NCBI GenBank assembly: GCA_964638325.1
Contig: CAZWYT010000004.1
Coordinates: 29,308 to 93,307, forward strand
Length of the DNA: 64,000 nt
Source: an uncultured Planctomycetales bacterium
Lineage (GTDB): Bacteria > Planctomycetota > Phycisphaerae > UBA1845 > Fen-1342
Reading direction: 5' to 3'
Part shown: piece after piece, positions 39,437 through 48,437 of the stretch
How positions within the stretch are numbered: position 1 is the stretch's first letter
How the letters are laid out: every line of letters begins with the position of its first letter
The notes under the pieces: model-generated
The model's database searches: none
What the model saw: only the letters and a program-made list of their open reading frames with translations
What the model was told of the DNA's origin: nothing
Made by a program: the position numbers and the translations under genes

Positions 39437-40618
39437 ATGGGTCACGTGGCGCACATTACGGTGAAGGACGTGGGCTACCCGACCTACAAAGACGTGTGCC
39501 TGCACTATGCGGACAACGAGACGCTGTGGTACGCCATGTGGCAGGAGTGGGACGAGCAGTACGGGCAGACGCATTACGACTGGCCGGCCTGCCCGGACGA
39601 GGATGACCCGAACCACCTCACGGTGCCGGACGCCTGGGAGTTCCGGTACGACAGCGGGCGGGAGCGCTACCTGGCCCGGCAGTGGGACACGCAGGGCTCC
39701 AACTATCCGCCGAACTGGACGGAGCTGGACGCGACCTGGACGGATTACCTGGGTGACGAGCCGTGGGGCGATTACGGCGTGACGCTGGATGCCAACGACA
39801 CGCCGGAGGTCACGGAACAGACGCGGTTCCTGGGCGGCCTGGGCATCCAGACCCAGGAAACTGTAGCACAGCCGCCCTCGGCTGTGTTGTTCCACGGCGA
39901 CCTCATCGGCTCGACGATGCTGCTGACGGATGGGGAGGGTGCGGTGGCCGGCTCGCCCACCAGTTATACGGCCTTCGGCGAGCAGGTGTGGCGCGACCCG
40001 AACAGCGCGGCGCACGTCGGCGGCCCGCTGCCGGCGGGCTATCCCCGCCACGCTTACGCCGGGGCGTGGGGGTACGAGTCCGGCCCGTGGGGTCAGGACC
40101 CGAACGAGGCGGCCAGCCCCGGCCCGCTGGTGCTGTATGGCGCGAATCCCGATCTTCCGCCGATCACGCTAATGCACGTGGGCGAACGCTGGTACCAGCC
40201 GGGGATCGGGCGGTTCATCCAGCGGGATCCGATTGGGCTGCGCGGCGGGCTGAACCTATACGCGTACTGCGCCAACAGGCCGGCCGCACGCGTTGACCCG
40301 TTCGGGCTCGCTGGCGCCTCTGATCCCGCGTTTGATTGGGAAATCCTCGGGGGGACGACCCTAGCCGGGGTGAATATCGGCCTCGGGTGGGGAGGAGTAG
40401 GTGCCATACCCGGGGGTATCATCGGCGCGACGACGTACGTTTCATACTGGGCGACATGGACGATTTGCGTCCGGAGTTGGGACATCGGGGCTAATCTGCG
40501 GCGCCTCAGCGAGCAGGAGGAGAAGAACCGTAAGTATCGCGAGACGCGCCCAGACGTGTTTCCGCCGATTCCGCCGAATCCTACGGACGGCCCCGTTCCT
40601 TGTGGACCGCACTACTGA
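39437..40618 (+). CDS. orphan Rhs/YD-repeat core C-terminal fragment with variable toxin tip (cassette 1)
   Basis: Contains the Rhs repeat-associated-core terminal hallmark ...RWYQPGIGRFIQRDPIGLRGGLNLYAYCANRPAARVDPFGL followed by a unique ~110-aa C-terminal domain. No YD-repeat shell upstream. Confidence 0.55.
   Translation: MGHVAHITVKDVGYPTYKDVCLHYADNETLWYAMWQEWDEQYGQTHYDWPACPDEDDPNHLTVPDAWEFRYDSGRERYLARQWDTQGSNYPPNWTELDATWTDYLGDEPWGDYGVTLDANDTPEVTEQTRFLGGLGIQTQETVAQPPSAVLFHGDLIGSTMLLTDGEGAVAGSPTSYTAFGEQVWRDPNSAAHVGGPLPAGYPRHAYAGAWGYESGPWGQDPNEAASPGPLVLYGANPDLPPITLMHVGERWYQPGIGRFIQRDPIGLRGGLNLYAYCANRPAARVDPFGLAGASDPAFDWEILGGTTLAGVNIGLGWGGVGAIPGGIIGATTYVSYWATWTICVRSWDIGANLRRLSEQEEKNRKYRETRPDVFPPIPPNPTDGPVPCGPHY
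39818..40230 (+). repeat. direct repeat copy A (~410 bp, ~90% identical to 41108..41520): conserved Rhs core-end coding segment
   Basis: Translated segments VTEQTRFLGGLG..QETVAQPPSAVLFHGDL..GSTMLLTDGEGAVAGSPTSYTAFGEQVWRDPNSAAHVGGPLPAGYPR..AYAGA.GYESGPWGQDPNEAASPGPLVL.GANPDLPPITLMHVG.RWYQPGIGRF.QRDPIG are near-identical in both cassettes. DNA read directly. Confidence 0.7.
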
Positions 40619-40718
40619 TAGCCCCCTGCTGCGGGCGGTCGCCCGCCAAAGGTGAACTCGAAAACGTCCGCATCGCTTGATTTGGTTAGTCGAGGCTGGT
40701 GACGTGGAGGGTTCTAAT

Positions 40719-41111
40719 ATGCTGCGGGAACTTCTGTGGGGCAGGATGCTTGAAGCCGATCTGCCGGGGATCGATGACCCGGGCGCACTGCAGGCAGTAC
40801 GGCAAGCGTGCCTACGTCGGTCGGCTTCCATCGGGAAGTTACTTCTCTGGGTTTGCGGTTTGGGCATCGCGGCCGGTGCACTATCAGAATGCGCAGGGCG
40901 CTTTGCGGGCGCGCCGGCATGGGGAAGCAAGCTGCTCTTCATGTGCGTGGTCGGCGCCGGGCTGGTTCCGCTGTCGCGCTGGCGACAGCGGCGCGCGAGG
41001 AGGTTGCTCCCGGACGTCCTTCGATCACTGGGACGATGCGCGCGTTGCGGGTACGATTTGCACGGGGCGGAGGTCTGCCCTGAATGTGCACAGGCGGCGA
41101 GCCGAGCGTGA
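40719..41111 (+). CDS. candidate immunity protein for cassette-1 toxin tip (small membrane protein with C-terminal CxxC...CxxC)
   Basis: Immediately downstream of cassette 1. Two TM-like segments, ends RCARCGYDLHGAEVCPECAQAA. Position is typical for Rhs immunity genes. No homology claim possible. Confidence 0.3.
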   Translation: MLRELLWGRMLEADLPGIDDPGALQAVRQACLRRSASIGKLLLWVCGLGIAAGALSECAGRFAGAPAWGSKLLFMCVVGAGLVPLSRWRQRRARRLLPDVLRSLGRCARCGYDLHGAEVCPECAQAASRA

Positions 41112-41905
41112 CCGAACAGACGCGGTTCCTGGGCGGCCTGGGCCTCCAGGGCCAGGAAACTGTAGCACAGCCGCCCTCGGCTGTGTTGTTCCACGGCGAT
41201 CTGACCGGCTCGACGATGCTGCTGACGGATGGGGAGGGTGCGGTGGCCGGCTCGCCCACCAGTTATACGGCCTTCGGCGAGCAGGTGTGGCGCGACCCGA
41301 ACAGCGCGGCCCACGTCGGCGGCCCGCTGCCGGCGGGCTATCCCCGCTACGCTTACGCCGGCGCGTACGGGTACGAGTCCGGCCCGTGGGGTCAGGACCC
41401 GAACGAAGCGGCCAGCCCCGGCCCGCTGGTGCTGCACGGCGCCAACCCCGACCTGCCGCCGATCACGCTCATGCACGTGGGCGCACGCTGGTACCAGCCG
41501 GGGATCGGGCGGTTTGTGCAGAGGGATCCGATTGGAATCGACGGCGGCGTCAACCTCTATGCATATGTGGGAAGTTGTCCGACCGCCACTGTCGACTCGG
41601 ACGGCTTGGGGGGCCAGGTGCCCGAAGGCCCTCGGATTTGGACCGGGCTACCACGCGACTGCAAAGGTTGGATTGAGCAGCCGCCACCGCCTGGGATGAG
41701 GTTCGGTTGGGATCCTGTGACCAGGACCTTCAAGTTGCTGCCGAAGACACCGGCCGTGGCCAAGGCGAGCATCTGCGTGCGCTTCTTACGACTACTGGGT
41801 ATACTTGGAAAGATGTTCGAGCCCTTTAATGTAATTTACGTAGACTGGCGACAATACGGGGGGCAGCCGCCGGAGTGGAACCCAGTGCCTCCCGTTTTGC
41901 TTTAG
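41084..41905 (+). CDS. orphan Rhs core-end fragment with different toxin tip (cassette 2; N-terminally truncated relative to cassette 1)
   Basis: Shares conserved core-end (…LYAYVGSCPTATVDSDGL) then diverges into a distinct C-terminal domain. Lacks the first ~130 aa present in cassette 1. Confidence 0.5.
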   Translation: MCTGGEPSVTEQTRFLGGLGLQGQETVAQPPSAVLFHGDLTGSTMLLTDGEGAVAGSPTSYTAFGEQVWRDPNSAAHVGGPLPAGYPRYAYAGAYGYESGPWGQDPNEAASPGPLVLHGANPDLPPITLMHVGARWYQPGIGRFVQRDPIGIDGGVNLYAYVGSCPTATVDSDGLGGQVPEGPRIWTGLPRDCKGWIEQPPPPGMRFGWDPVTRTFKLLPKTPAVAKASICVRFLRLLGILGKMFEPFNVIYVDWRQYGGQPPEWNPVPPVLL

Positions 41906-41931
41906 CGCGGGGATGCGGTGTCCTCGAGCCT

Positions 41932-42438
41932 ATGGAGGTCGCCATGATCAGATTGCTGCCACGCCGTGTATACGACCTGGATCGCCCAATACAGGAAACT
42001 GAGCTGGATCCAATGGACGAGACCTGGGTTGACGAGTTTTTCCGCCACACGCTGCAGTTCATGCTGACCGACGGTCTTTATGGCCTACACTGGTTCTACC
42101 ACGAAGCGGCAGACTGCGTCCGGTGCTGCCTGTGGAGCCCGGACCAGTCAGGGAGTGGCACGTGGCAGGAGCGCTGCCCAGTGAGCAGCACTGGCGGCCG
42201 CAAGTTGCTCCGAAAGCTGCGGCGCGATGCGCGAGTGAAGAGCCGAGATGGCAGCCGAATCTGGGGTGTAGTCTACTATAGGTGGCGTGGGCTCGTGGGG
42301 ACACTGAATCTCGATTCGCCACACGAGTGGGACGCACGCCTTTGGCGGGGCACGAAGCCATCGCCGGCCCTGTCGTATGAACTGGTATTCAACGGTCCGC
42401 CACCGGGTCCAAGCAACGGGCTCTCCTCCGCGTCATGA
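41932..42438 (+). CDS. candidate immunity protein for cassette-2 toxin tip
   Basis: ORF directly following cassette 2. Cys/Trp-rich (CVRCCLWSPDQSGSGTWQERCP). Ordinary composition. Confidence 0.3.
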   Translation: MEVAMIRLLPRRVYDLDRPIQETELDPMDETWVDEFFRHTLQFMLTDGLYGLHWFYHEAADCVRCCLWSPDQSGSGTWQERCPVSSTGGRKLLRKLRRDARVKSRDGSRIWGVVYYRWRGLVGTLNLDSPHEWDARLWRGTKPSPALSYELVFNGPPPGPSNGLSSAS

Positions 42439-42510
42439 AGACGAAGAGAACAACGCGACGGGGCCGATTCCTAACACGAGTACCACCTATACGCCGGCGG
42501 GGCGACCGGG

Positions 42511-42600
42511 CCGACGGTACACTACGCGTACCGGACCTCGGGCCACGTGGCCCACATCACGATCAAGGATGAGGGTCAGGACATCGTGAAGGACCTGGGC
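42511..42600 (+). repeat. third, truncated copy of the cassette 5' junction (GHVAHITIKDEGQD...), direct repeat of 39413..39500
   Basis: DNA 42511-42570 (ggtacactacgcgtaccggacctcgggccacgtggcccacatcacgatcaaggatgagggt) aligns with 39413-39470 (ggtatactacacgtactacgcgatgggtcacgtggcgcacattacggtgaaggacgtgggc). Brackets the cassette array. Confidence 0.55.
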
Positions 42601-42749
42601 GTTGAAAGAGGGTACAGGCACCGCCGGAAATCCGGTCGGCGCTACCGGGTGAGCCCTGGGCGGCGGAGCCAGTCCCCTTTTTCAACGCAGAAGATGGGCG
42701 TGGCGCTCGATCGGGAGCTCGCCGCGGGGCGCGCGACCGTCCACCAGTA

Positions 42750-44837
42750 TCAGCGCTTCCCTGCGGCTTCGTGCGCGCGGGCGATTACCTCCTCCTGCAC
42801 GTCGCGCGGCGCCTGCTTGTAGCGCGCAAAGTGCATGGAGAACGTGCCGCGCCCCTGCGTCACGCTGCGCAGATCGGTCGCATAGCCGAACATGTTCGCC
42901 AGCGGCACGTCGGCGCTGATGACCGTCACCGCACCACGCAACTCCGTGGCATGGATCAGGCCGCGGCGGGAACTGAGATCGCCGGCGACCGGTCCCTGCA
43001 GTGCAGTCGGCACCTCGACTTCGACCTTCATGATCGGCTCGAGAATCGCCGGTTTCGTCCGCGGATATGCGTCTTTGAACGCGTCGCGGGCCGCGATCTG
43101 AAAGGCAAGATCGGACGAGTCTACGGCGTGCGCCGTGCCGTCCTCGAGGACGACCTTCACGCGGATGACCTCGTACCCGGCCAGCGGGCCGTTCCGCCGC
43201 GCCTGCTGGAAGCCCTTGTCGCACGACGGGATGTACTCGGTGGGGATGCGCCCGCCGGTCACTTCGTTCGCGAACTCGTAGTCATTCTCGGCGTTCTCGG
43301 GCAGCGGCTCGATGCGCCCGATCACGTGGCCGTACTGGCCGGAGCCGCCGGTCTGCTTCTTGTGCTTGTAGTTGAATTCGGCGGCCTTGGTGGGCGCCTC
43401 GCGGTAGTTCACGCGCGGGGCGCCGGTCGTGACCGCGCAGCCGTACTCGCGGCGAATGCGTTCGACGTAGACTTCGAGCTGCAATTCGCCGACGCCGGAG
43501 ATGATCGTCTCCCCGCTTTCCGGGTCCGTGTGGACGTGGAAGGTCGGGTCCTCGCGCACGAAGCGCTGCAGGGCCTTGGCCAGCCGCTCGCGGTCGTTGT
43601 TCTTCACGGGCGCGACGGCCAGCGCGATGACCGGCTCCGGCGTTTGGATGTTCTCGAGCGCGTAGTTCACGCGGTCGTCGCAGAACGTGTCGCCCGAGGC
43701 GCAGTCCAAGCCGATGAACGCCACGATGTCTCCGGCGCCCGCCTCCTCCACGTCCTCGCGGTCGTTGGCGTGCATGCGGACCATGCGGCCGACGCGCGCC
43801 CCGCGGCGCAGCCGGGTGTTCCGCAGGACCCGGCCCTTGCTCAGCCGGCCCTGATAGATGCGCGTGTAGGTGAGCTGCCCGAAGCTCTCCTCGACGAGCT
43901 TGAAGGCCATGGCGACGACGGGCGCGTCCGGGTCCGCGGTGATCGCAACCTCGGCGCCGTCGTTATCGTTGTCCTTGGCGTAATAGACGCGGTCCAGCGG
44001 CGACGGCAGGAAGCGGACGATGGCATCGAGCAGAAGCTGTACGCCCTTGTTCCGGAAGGCCGAGCCCATCATGACGGGCACGATGTCGCGGCTGATCGTC
44101 AGCCGGCGAATGACCGTACGCAGCTTCTCGATCGGGACGGCCTGTCCGGCGAGCAGCCATTCCATCAACTCGTCGTCGTAGAGCGACAGCGTGTCGAGCA
44201 TGCCCTGCCGGGCGCGCTCCGCGGCCTCGCAGAGCTCCGCCGGAATCGACGCACGCCGAACCTGCTCGCCGTGGTCGCCGTCGAAATAGACGCCTTCCAT
44301 CGTCAGCAGGTCCACGACCCCGCGGTGATCGTTCTCCAGGCCGATGGGAATCTGGAGCGGCACGGCCTCGAGGCCCAGCTTCTCCTCGATCTGCTGAATC
44401 ACGCGCGCGGGGTCCGCGCCCACCCGGTCAAGCTTGTTGATGAACGCAATCCGCGGTACGCCGTAGCGCTTCATTTGGCCGTCGACGGTGAGCGATTGCG
44501 ACTGCACGCCGCCCACGCCGCAGAGCACGAGGATGGCCCCGTCGAGCACGCGCAGCGACCGTTCGACCTCGACCGTGAAGTCCACGTGCCCGGGCGTATC
44601 GATCAGGTTGATTTGGTGGTCAAGCCACGAGACCGTCGTCGCGGCCGACGTGATGGTGATGCCGCGCTCGCGTTCCAGCTCCATGTGGTCCATGACTGCG
44701 CCGCGCTCGCCGTCGTGGACCTCGCCCATGCGGTGGATACGCCCCGTGTAGTAGAGGATGCGCTCGGACAAGGTCGTCTTGCCCGAGTCGATGTGGGCCG
44801 AGATGCCGATGTTGCGAATGCACCTGATCGCGTTCAT
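42750..44837 (-). CDS. fusA: translation elongation factor G (stand-alone copy, possibly EF-G2-type)
   Basis: G1 [10 protein letters not shown]3 DTPGHVDF, G4 NKLD, full five-domain length 695 aa. Not adjacent to rpsL/rpsG/tuf in this window. Confidence 0.85.
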   Translation of the reverse strand: MNAIRCIRNIGISAHIDSGKTTLSERILYYTGRIHRMGEVHDGERGAVMDHMELERERGITITSAATTVSWLDHQINLIDTPGHVDFTVEVERSLRVLDGAILVLCGVGGVQSQSLTVDGQMKRYGVPRIAFINKLDRVGADPARVIQQIEEKLGLEAVPLQIPIGLENDHRGVVDLLTMEGVYFDGDHGEQVRRASIPAELCEAAERARQGMLDTLSLYDDELMEWLLAGQAVPIEKLRTVIRRLTISRDIVPVMMGSAFRNKGVQLLLDAIVRFLPSPLDRVYYAKDNDNDGAEVAITADPDAPVVAMAFKLVEESFGQLTYTRIYQGRLSKGRVLRNTRLRRGARVGRMVRMHANDREDVEEAGAGDIVAFIGLDCASGDTFCDDRVNYALENIQTPEPVIALAVAPVKNNDRERLAKALQRFVREDPTFHVHTDPESGETIISGVGELQLEVYVERIRREYGCAVTTGAPRVNYREAPTKAAEFNYKHKKQTGGSGQYGHVIGRIEPLPENAENDYEFANEVTGGRIPTEYIPSCDKGFQQARRNGPLAGYEVIRVKVVLEDGTAHAVDSSDLAFQIAARDAFKDAYPRTKPAILEPIMKVEVEVPTALQGPVAGDLSSRRGLIHATELRGAVTVISADVPLANMFGYATDLRSVTQGRGTFSMHFARYKQAPRDVQEEVIARAHEAAGKR

Positions 44838-45682
44838 GTACTGCGTTCCACCGATCTAGCTGCTTCTTCCTCTGTAGCTCACGAATGCGCTCGTTGGCGC
44901 CGGCTACCCGCCGGCTCCGGCACCGTGACGGCTCCGCGTCCGCGGCAGCGTTCCTCATTCGCCCCACTGTGTCAGCACCGATACCGCGGTCGCGGTCTAA
45001 CCCGAATCACCTCAGTGCTCGGGAACCCCCGCCATCCACGCCTGGGTGGCGCTGCTTTCTGCAACCGGCCCGACGAGTTGGTGTTATTATAGCGGTTCGT
45101 GTTTCGTGAATCAAGGTCATTCGGCGCGCAAACGTAGTCGCGGAGGAGTGTTAGCGGGCACGTGGCACCCCCGTCCGGACCCCGGCGAGCGTGAATAAGG
45201 TGCCGGGCTCTTGCTTCGGGTCGTGACGCACAGGCGTCGTTCAGGTTGCGGGTCGAAGATGCGGGGTGCGGGGAGGCCTTGCTGGGGGCCGGCGATCTGA
45301 ACGCGGATCAGGCGTCTCCCGGCCGCTTGTCGTATCCGGACACCCCCCGACGGTGTGGGATCCGGGCAGGTTTTTGGAAGTGGTGACGCTTGAATGCGTG
45401 CTGGAGTGCCGACCGTCGCGCGGTCTCGTTTGGAAGCCGCCGCGCGTTGTGTTATCCTATGGGCATCTTGTTCGCAAGATGGGCAAGCGCTGGGACGTGG
45501 GGCATGGCCGACGCATGTGACGGTCGGGTCCGACCTGCTCAGCGAAGGACACGAACTGGTTTGGCCGGGCCGGCGGAGGCTGGTTACGGCCGATGGTTGC
45601 GCGGGTGAGCCCTGGGGCAGCCGCGCGGGCCCAGCGCGGGCAAGCCTCGGAGGCACCTGTGCACTGGAGAGCAGAGGGCAAC

Positions 45683-47242
45683 ATGCGAGCATCATCCAAG
45701 TTAGCGATCTTCGTTGCGCTACTCGCGGCAGGACCCGTCGCGCGCGCGGACTTCAACCGCGATGGCGACGGCCATCGCGGTACCCTGCAAGAGCTCGCAG
45801 CGTGCCTGGCGGGTCCCGAAGTCCCGGTCGGGCCCGCGTGCCTCGTGGCCTTCGACCGCGACGATGACCTCGACGTCGACTTAACTGACGCCGCGGCGTT
45901 TCAAATGGACTATACCGGCCCCATCCCCTTCGGCGCGTGCTGTTTCGACGACCTCTCCTGCCAGATGCTCACCGAGACCGACTGCCAGGCCGCCGGCGGC
46001 GGAGGCGAGTGGCTCGGGGCCGACACCGAGTGCGGCGAGTGCGTCACCGTCCACATCCAATCCGTAGCCTATGGCGGCAGCGGCGCCTATACGGTCAAGG
46101 TCGATTGCCCCTACCCTCCGTGCAGCAGCTATGGCAGCCCACAGTGGCTCGATGCCAACTACGACGGCGACGCCGAGGACCCCGGCGACCACGACTATCC
46201 CGTCGCCTACGTGCGCGGCGCGTCGGTCTCCCTCTCCAACGTCAAGTTCTACGTGGAGCCCAGCGGCTTGAACGCCAACAACGTGCCGGTTCGCGGGGTC
46301 GGCCCGGACGGCCTCATCTTCGAGGGCACCGGCAATCTCTCCGGCAGCTTCCTGACCGTTCCCGGCTCGCTGCCGTCAAGCGTGCCGCTACCCAACACGG
46401 TTCGCTACTACGCGAGCTTCGCGATTGACTGGGAGGTCGCGGTCGACGGCGAGAACTTCTACCCGGCGGGCACCAGCAGCAACCGCCTCTGCGTCACCTA
46501 TGCCGCGCCGCTCGGCGACCGCCTGGAAAGCTACTTCTATATCAGCACGCAAGCGGCCCACGGCCTGAGCGGCGAGCAGGACATCGTCGATGCCGTCTGG
46601 GCCGAGTTCGCGGATCGCGAGGTCTACAACGCCCACGGCGAGCGGCTCGCCTACTACCGGGACGTCCTGTGCGCCGCGGACTGTACGTACTACTCGGCCA
46701 GCGAGCTGGTCTACTTTACGACTTCGCAATGCGGCGGCTGGGCCGACCTGATGATCCAATGTCTGCGGACCCAGGGCCTGGGCGGGGCGCAGTTCATCAC
46801 CATCGAGCCGCGCGGATACCCGACGCTGCCGCTCGATTGCGACTCCCCAGCCTGGCCGGCGGCTGGCTTCGTCGTGAAGAACTACAACTTCCTGCCAGGC
46901 TTCCCGACACCGTGCCCGGCCTATCCCTACGGTTTCAATGATCCGTGTGATTACTACAACCCTTGGCCGCAGCCGACGTGCATCGACGCCCCCGGGCTGC
47001 CGGGCCAGGACAACCCGAACCCGGCCAGTTGGTTTGCCCGGCATTTCATCGTGAAGATCAATCTGAAGTACTACGACCCGTCGTACGGGGCCGGCCCGTT
47101 TACCGGCACTCAGGAGGAGGCCAACCAGGCCTGGGAGCTGGGCGCTATCGCCGGATACTTCGGGGTCGCCCAGCCGTCGCCCGCGCGCCTCGGAGTGCGC
47201 AAGGACCAGGGCCTCATTCGCGAGACCTACTTCGACCAATAG
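45683..47242 (+). CDS. secreted Cys-rich hypothetical protein with N-terminal CLAGP/acidic DVDL module
   Basis: Signal peptide MRASSKLAIFVALLAAGPVARA. N-terminal DFNRDGDGHRGTLQELAACLAGPEVPVGPACLVAFDRDDDLDVDLTDAAAFQMDYTGP parallels N-terminus of CDS 7383..10415. Many Cys pairs downstream. Confidence 0.5.
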   Translation: MRASSKLAIFVALLAAGPVARADFNRDGDGHRGTLQELAACLAGPEVPVGPACLVAFDRDDDLDVDLTDAAAFQMDYTGPIPFGACCFDDLSCQMLTETDCQAAGGGGEWLGADTECGECVTVHIQSVAYGGSGAYTVKVDCPYPPCSSYGSPQWLDANYDGDAEDPGDHDYPVAYVRGASVSLSNVKFYVEPSGLNANNVPVRGVGPDGLIFEGTGNLSGSFLTVPGSLPSSVPLPNTVRYYASFAIDWEVAVDGENFYPAGTSSNRLCVTYAAPLGDRLESYFYISTQAAHGLSGEQDIVDAVWAEFADREVYNAHGERLAYYRDVLCAADCTYYSASELVYFTTSQCGGWADLMIQCLRTQGLGGAQFITIEPRGYPTLPLDCDSPAWPAAGFVVKNYNFLPGFPTPCPAYPYGFNDPCDYYNPWPQPTCIDAPGLPGQDNPNPASWFARHFIVKINLKYYDPSYGAGPFTGTQEEANQAWELGAIAGYFGVAQPSPARLGVRKDQGLIRETYFDQ

Positions 47243-47253
47243 GAGTCGCTCCA

Positions 47254-48048
47254 ATGCCGATGAACTGCTATTTCACCTGTGCCATAGGGCTGGCCCTCGC
47301 GCTGACCATGCGGGCCGCACCGGCCTATGCGAGCGATCCTGCCGAGGCCGTGGCCCGCGTGCGTGCCGTCCCGCGCCACAATCAGTGGACCCTCGTCGAC
47401 CCTGAGCAGCGAACGCTCCTGACGAACATCATCCAGATGCCCGCCGCACAGCGCGACCAGCTCCTCCGCAGTGACGACGCTCGGCTTCGCGGCATTGGGA
47501 TTTTCATCGCCGAGCAGCAGGGCGACCTCGCCACGCTCCTGTCGCTTTCCCACCTCGTGGCCGACAATACGCCCACGGTGCCGTTTGCCGTGCCCCTGGC
47601 GCAGCCCGGCGACTATCGCGTCCGCGACCAGACCGTGGCGGCCTACCTGACTACGGTCTATCTCGAATGGTTCGGCGTCGACGTGGACAAGTCGCAGGAG
47701 CGCTTCGACGACCTGCTCGGCCGAGTGAAGGACCAGCCGCAGGACCTCGTGCAGCCATGGATCGTTCGTCTACGCCGCGCGCAGCCGGACGCCCAGGCCG
47801 TCGCGAAGCTCAAGGAACGTGTGGCGGAGTTGCCCGAGGGGGTGCGCTGGGCCGTGATCACCCTCGGGTACAGCAACAGCCTGTACACGAAGGCGGAAGC
47901 CCGCGCGCTGCTGGCAACGCTTTCCGACAAGACCCGGGAGGCGCTGCGCACGCACGCGACGCTGCCGCCCAATGAACCGCTGTTCCGCAGCGGCATGTCC
48001 TTCCGCGACGCGGCCCTGCGTCAGTACGAAGAGCTCGTGAACCCCTGA
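47254..48048 (+). CDS. hypothetical secreted protein
   Basis: 264 aa, signal peptide MPMNCYFTCAIGLALALTMRAAPAYA. Starts 12 nt after previous gene (operon-like). Confidence 0.45.
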   Translation: MPMNCYFTCAIGLALALTMRAAPAYASDPAEAVARVRAVPRHNQWTLVDPEQRTLLTNIIQMPAAQRDQLLRSDDARLRGIGIFIAEQQGDLATLLSLSHLVADNTPTVPFAVPLAQPGDYRVRDQTVAAYLTTVYLEWFGVDVDKSQERFDDLLGRVKDQPQDLVQPWIVRLRRAQPDAQAVAKLKERVAELPEGVRWAVITLGYSNSLYTKAEARALLATLSDKTREALRTHATLPPNEPLFRSGMSFRDAALRQYEELVNP

Positions 48049-48437
48049 GCTGGTGTGCCCAGAGCGAAACACCTGGAAAGCCGCGCCGTGCTGTTCTACG
48101 TCGCGCCGGGCCGCGCTACCGGCACCGGCGGCCGCCTCGTGTGGGTCGCGTAACCTACACCCCCCTCCCGCGTCGTGAGGGCGGGCGAGCACACTTCGGC
48201 GCAGAGCCGGTCTCGGCGCAGGACACGCGGGCGCGAAGTTCACGACTCCCGGCTGGGACACTCGCGGGACGGCTCACAACCACCTTCCCAGCAAACGGGT
48301 CGACCGCGTTTCCGGACGGTGCACGAGCACTGCAACTAGGTGGCCACTCACTGAAGAAGCGGATAAAGAGGTCGCCACCACGTGCCGACTGAGCAACTCA
48401 GTGGCCAACTTCCGAGGCCGCGTGTCGCACGGCGACA

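Noticed and set aside
39323-40051. 242-aa ORF on - strand inside the Rhs cassette region
   Set aside because: Antisense to cassette 1. A near-identical antisense ORF appears opposite cassette 2 (40442..41476), confirming it is a by-product of the duplicated sense sequence.
42771-45092. 773-aa ORF on + strand
   Set aside because: Antisense to the EF-G gene, whose G-domain motifs are unambiguous. Composition is Arg/Asp-rich low complexity.
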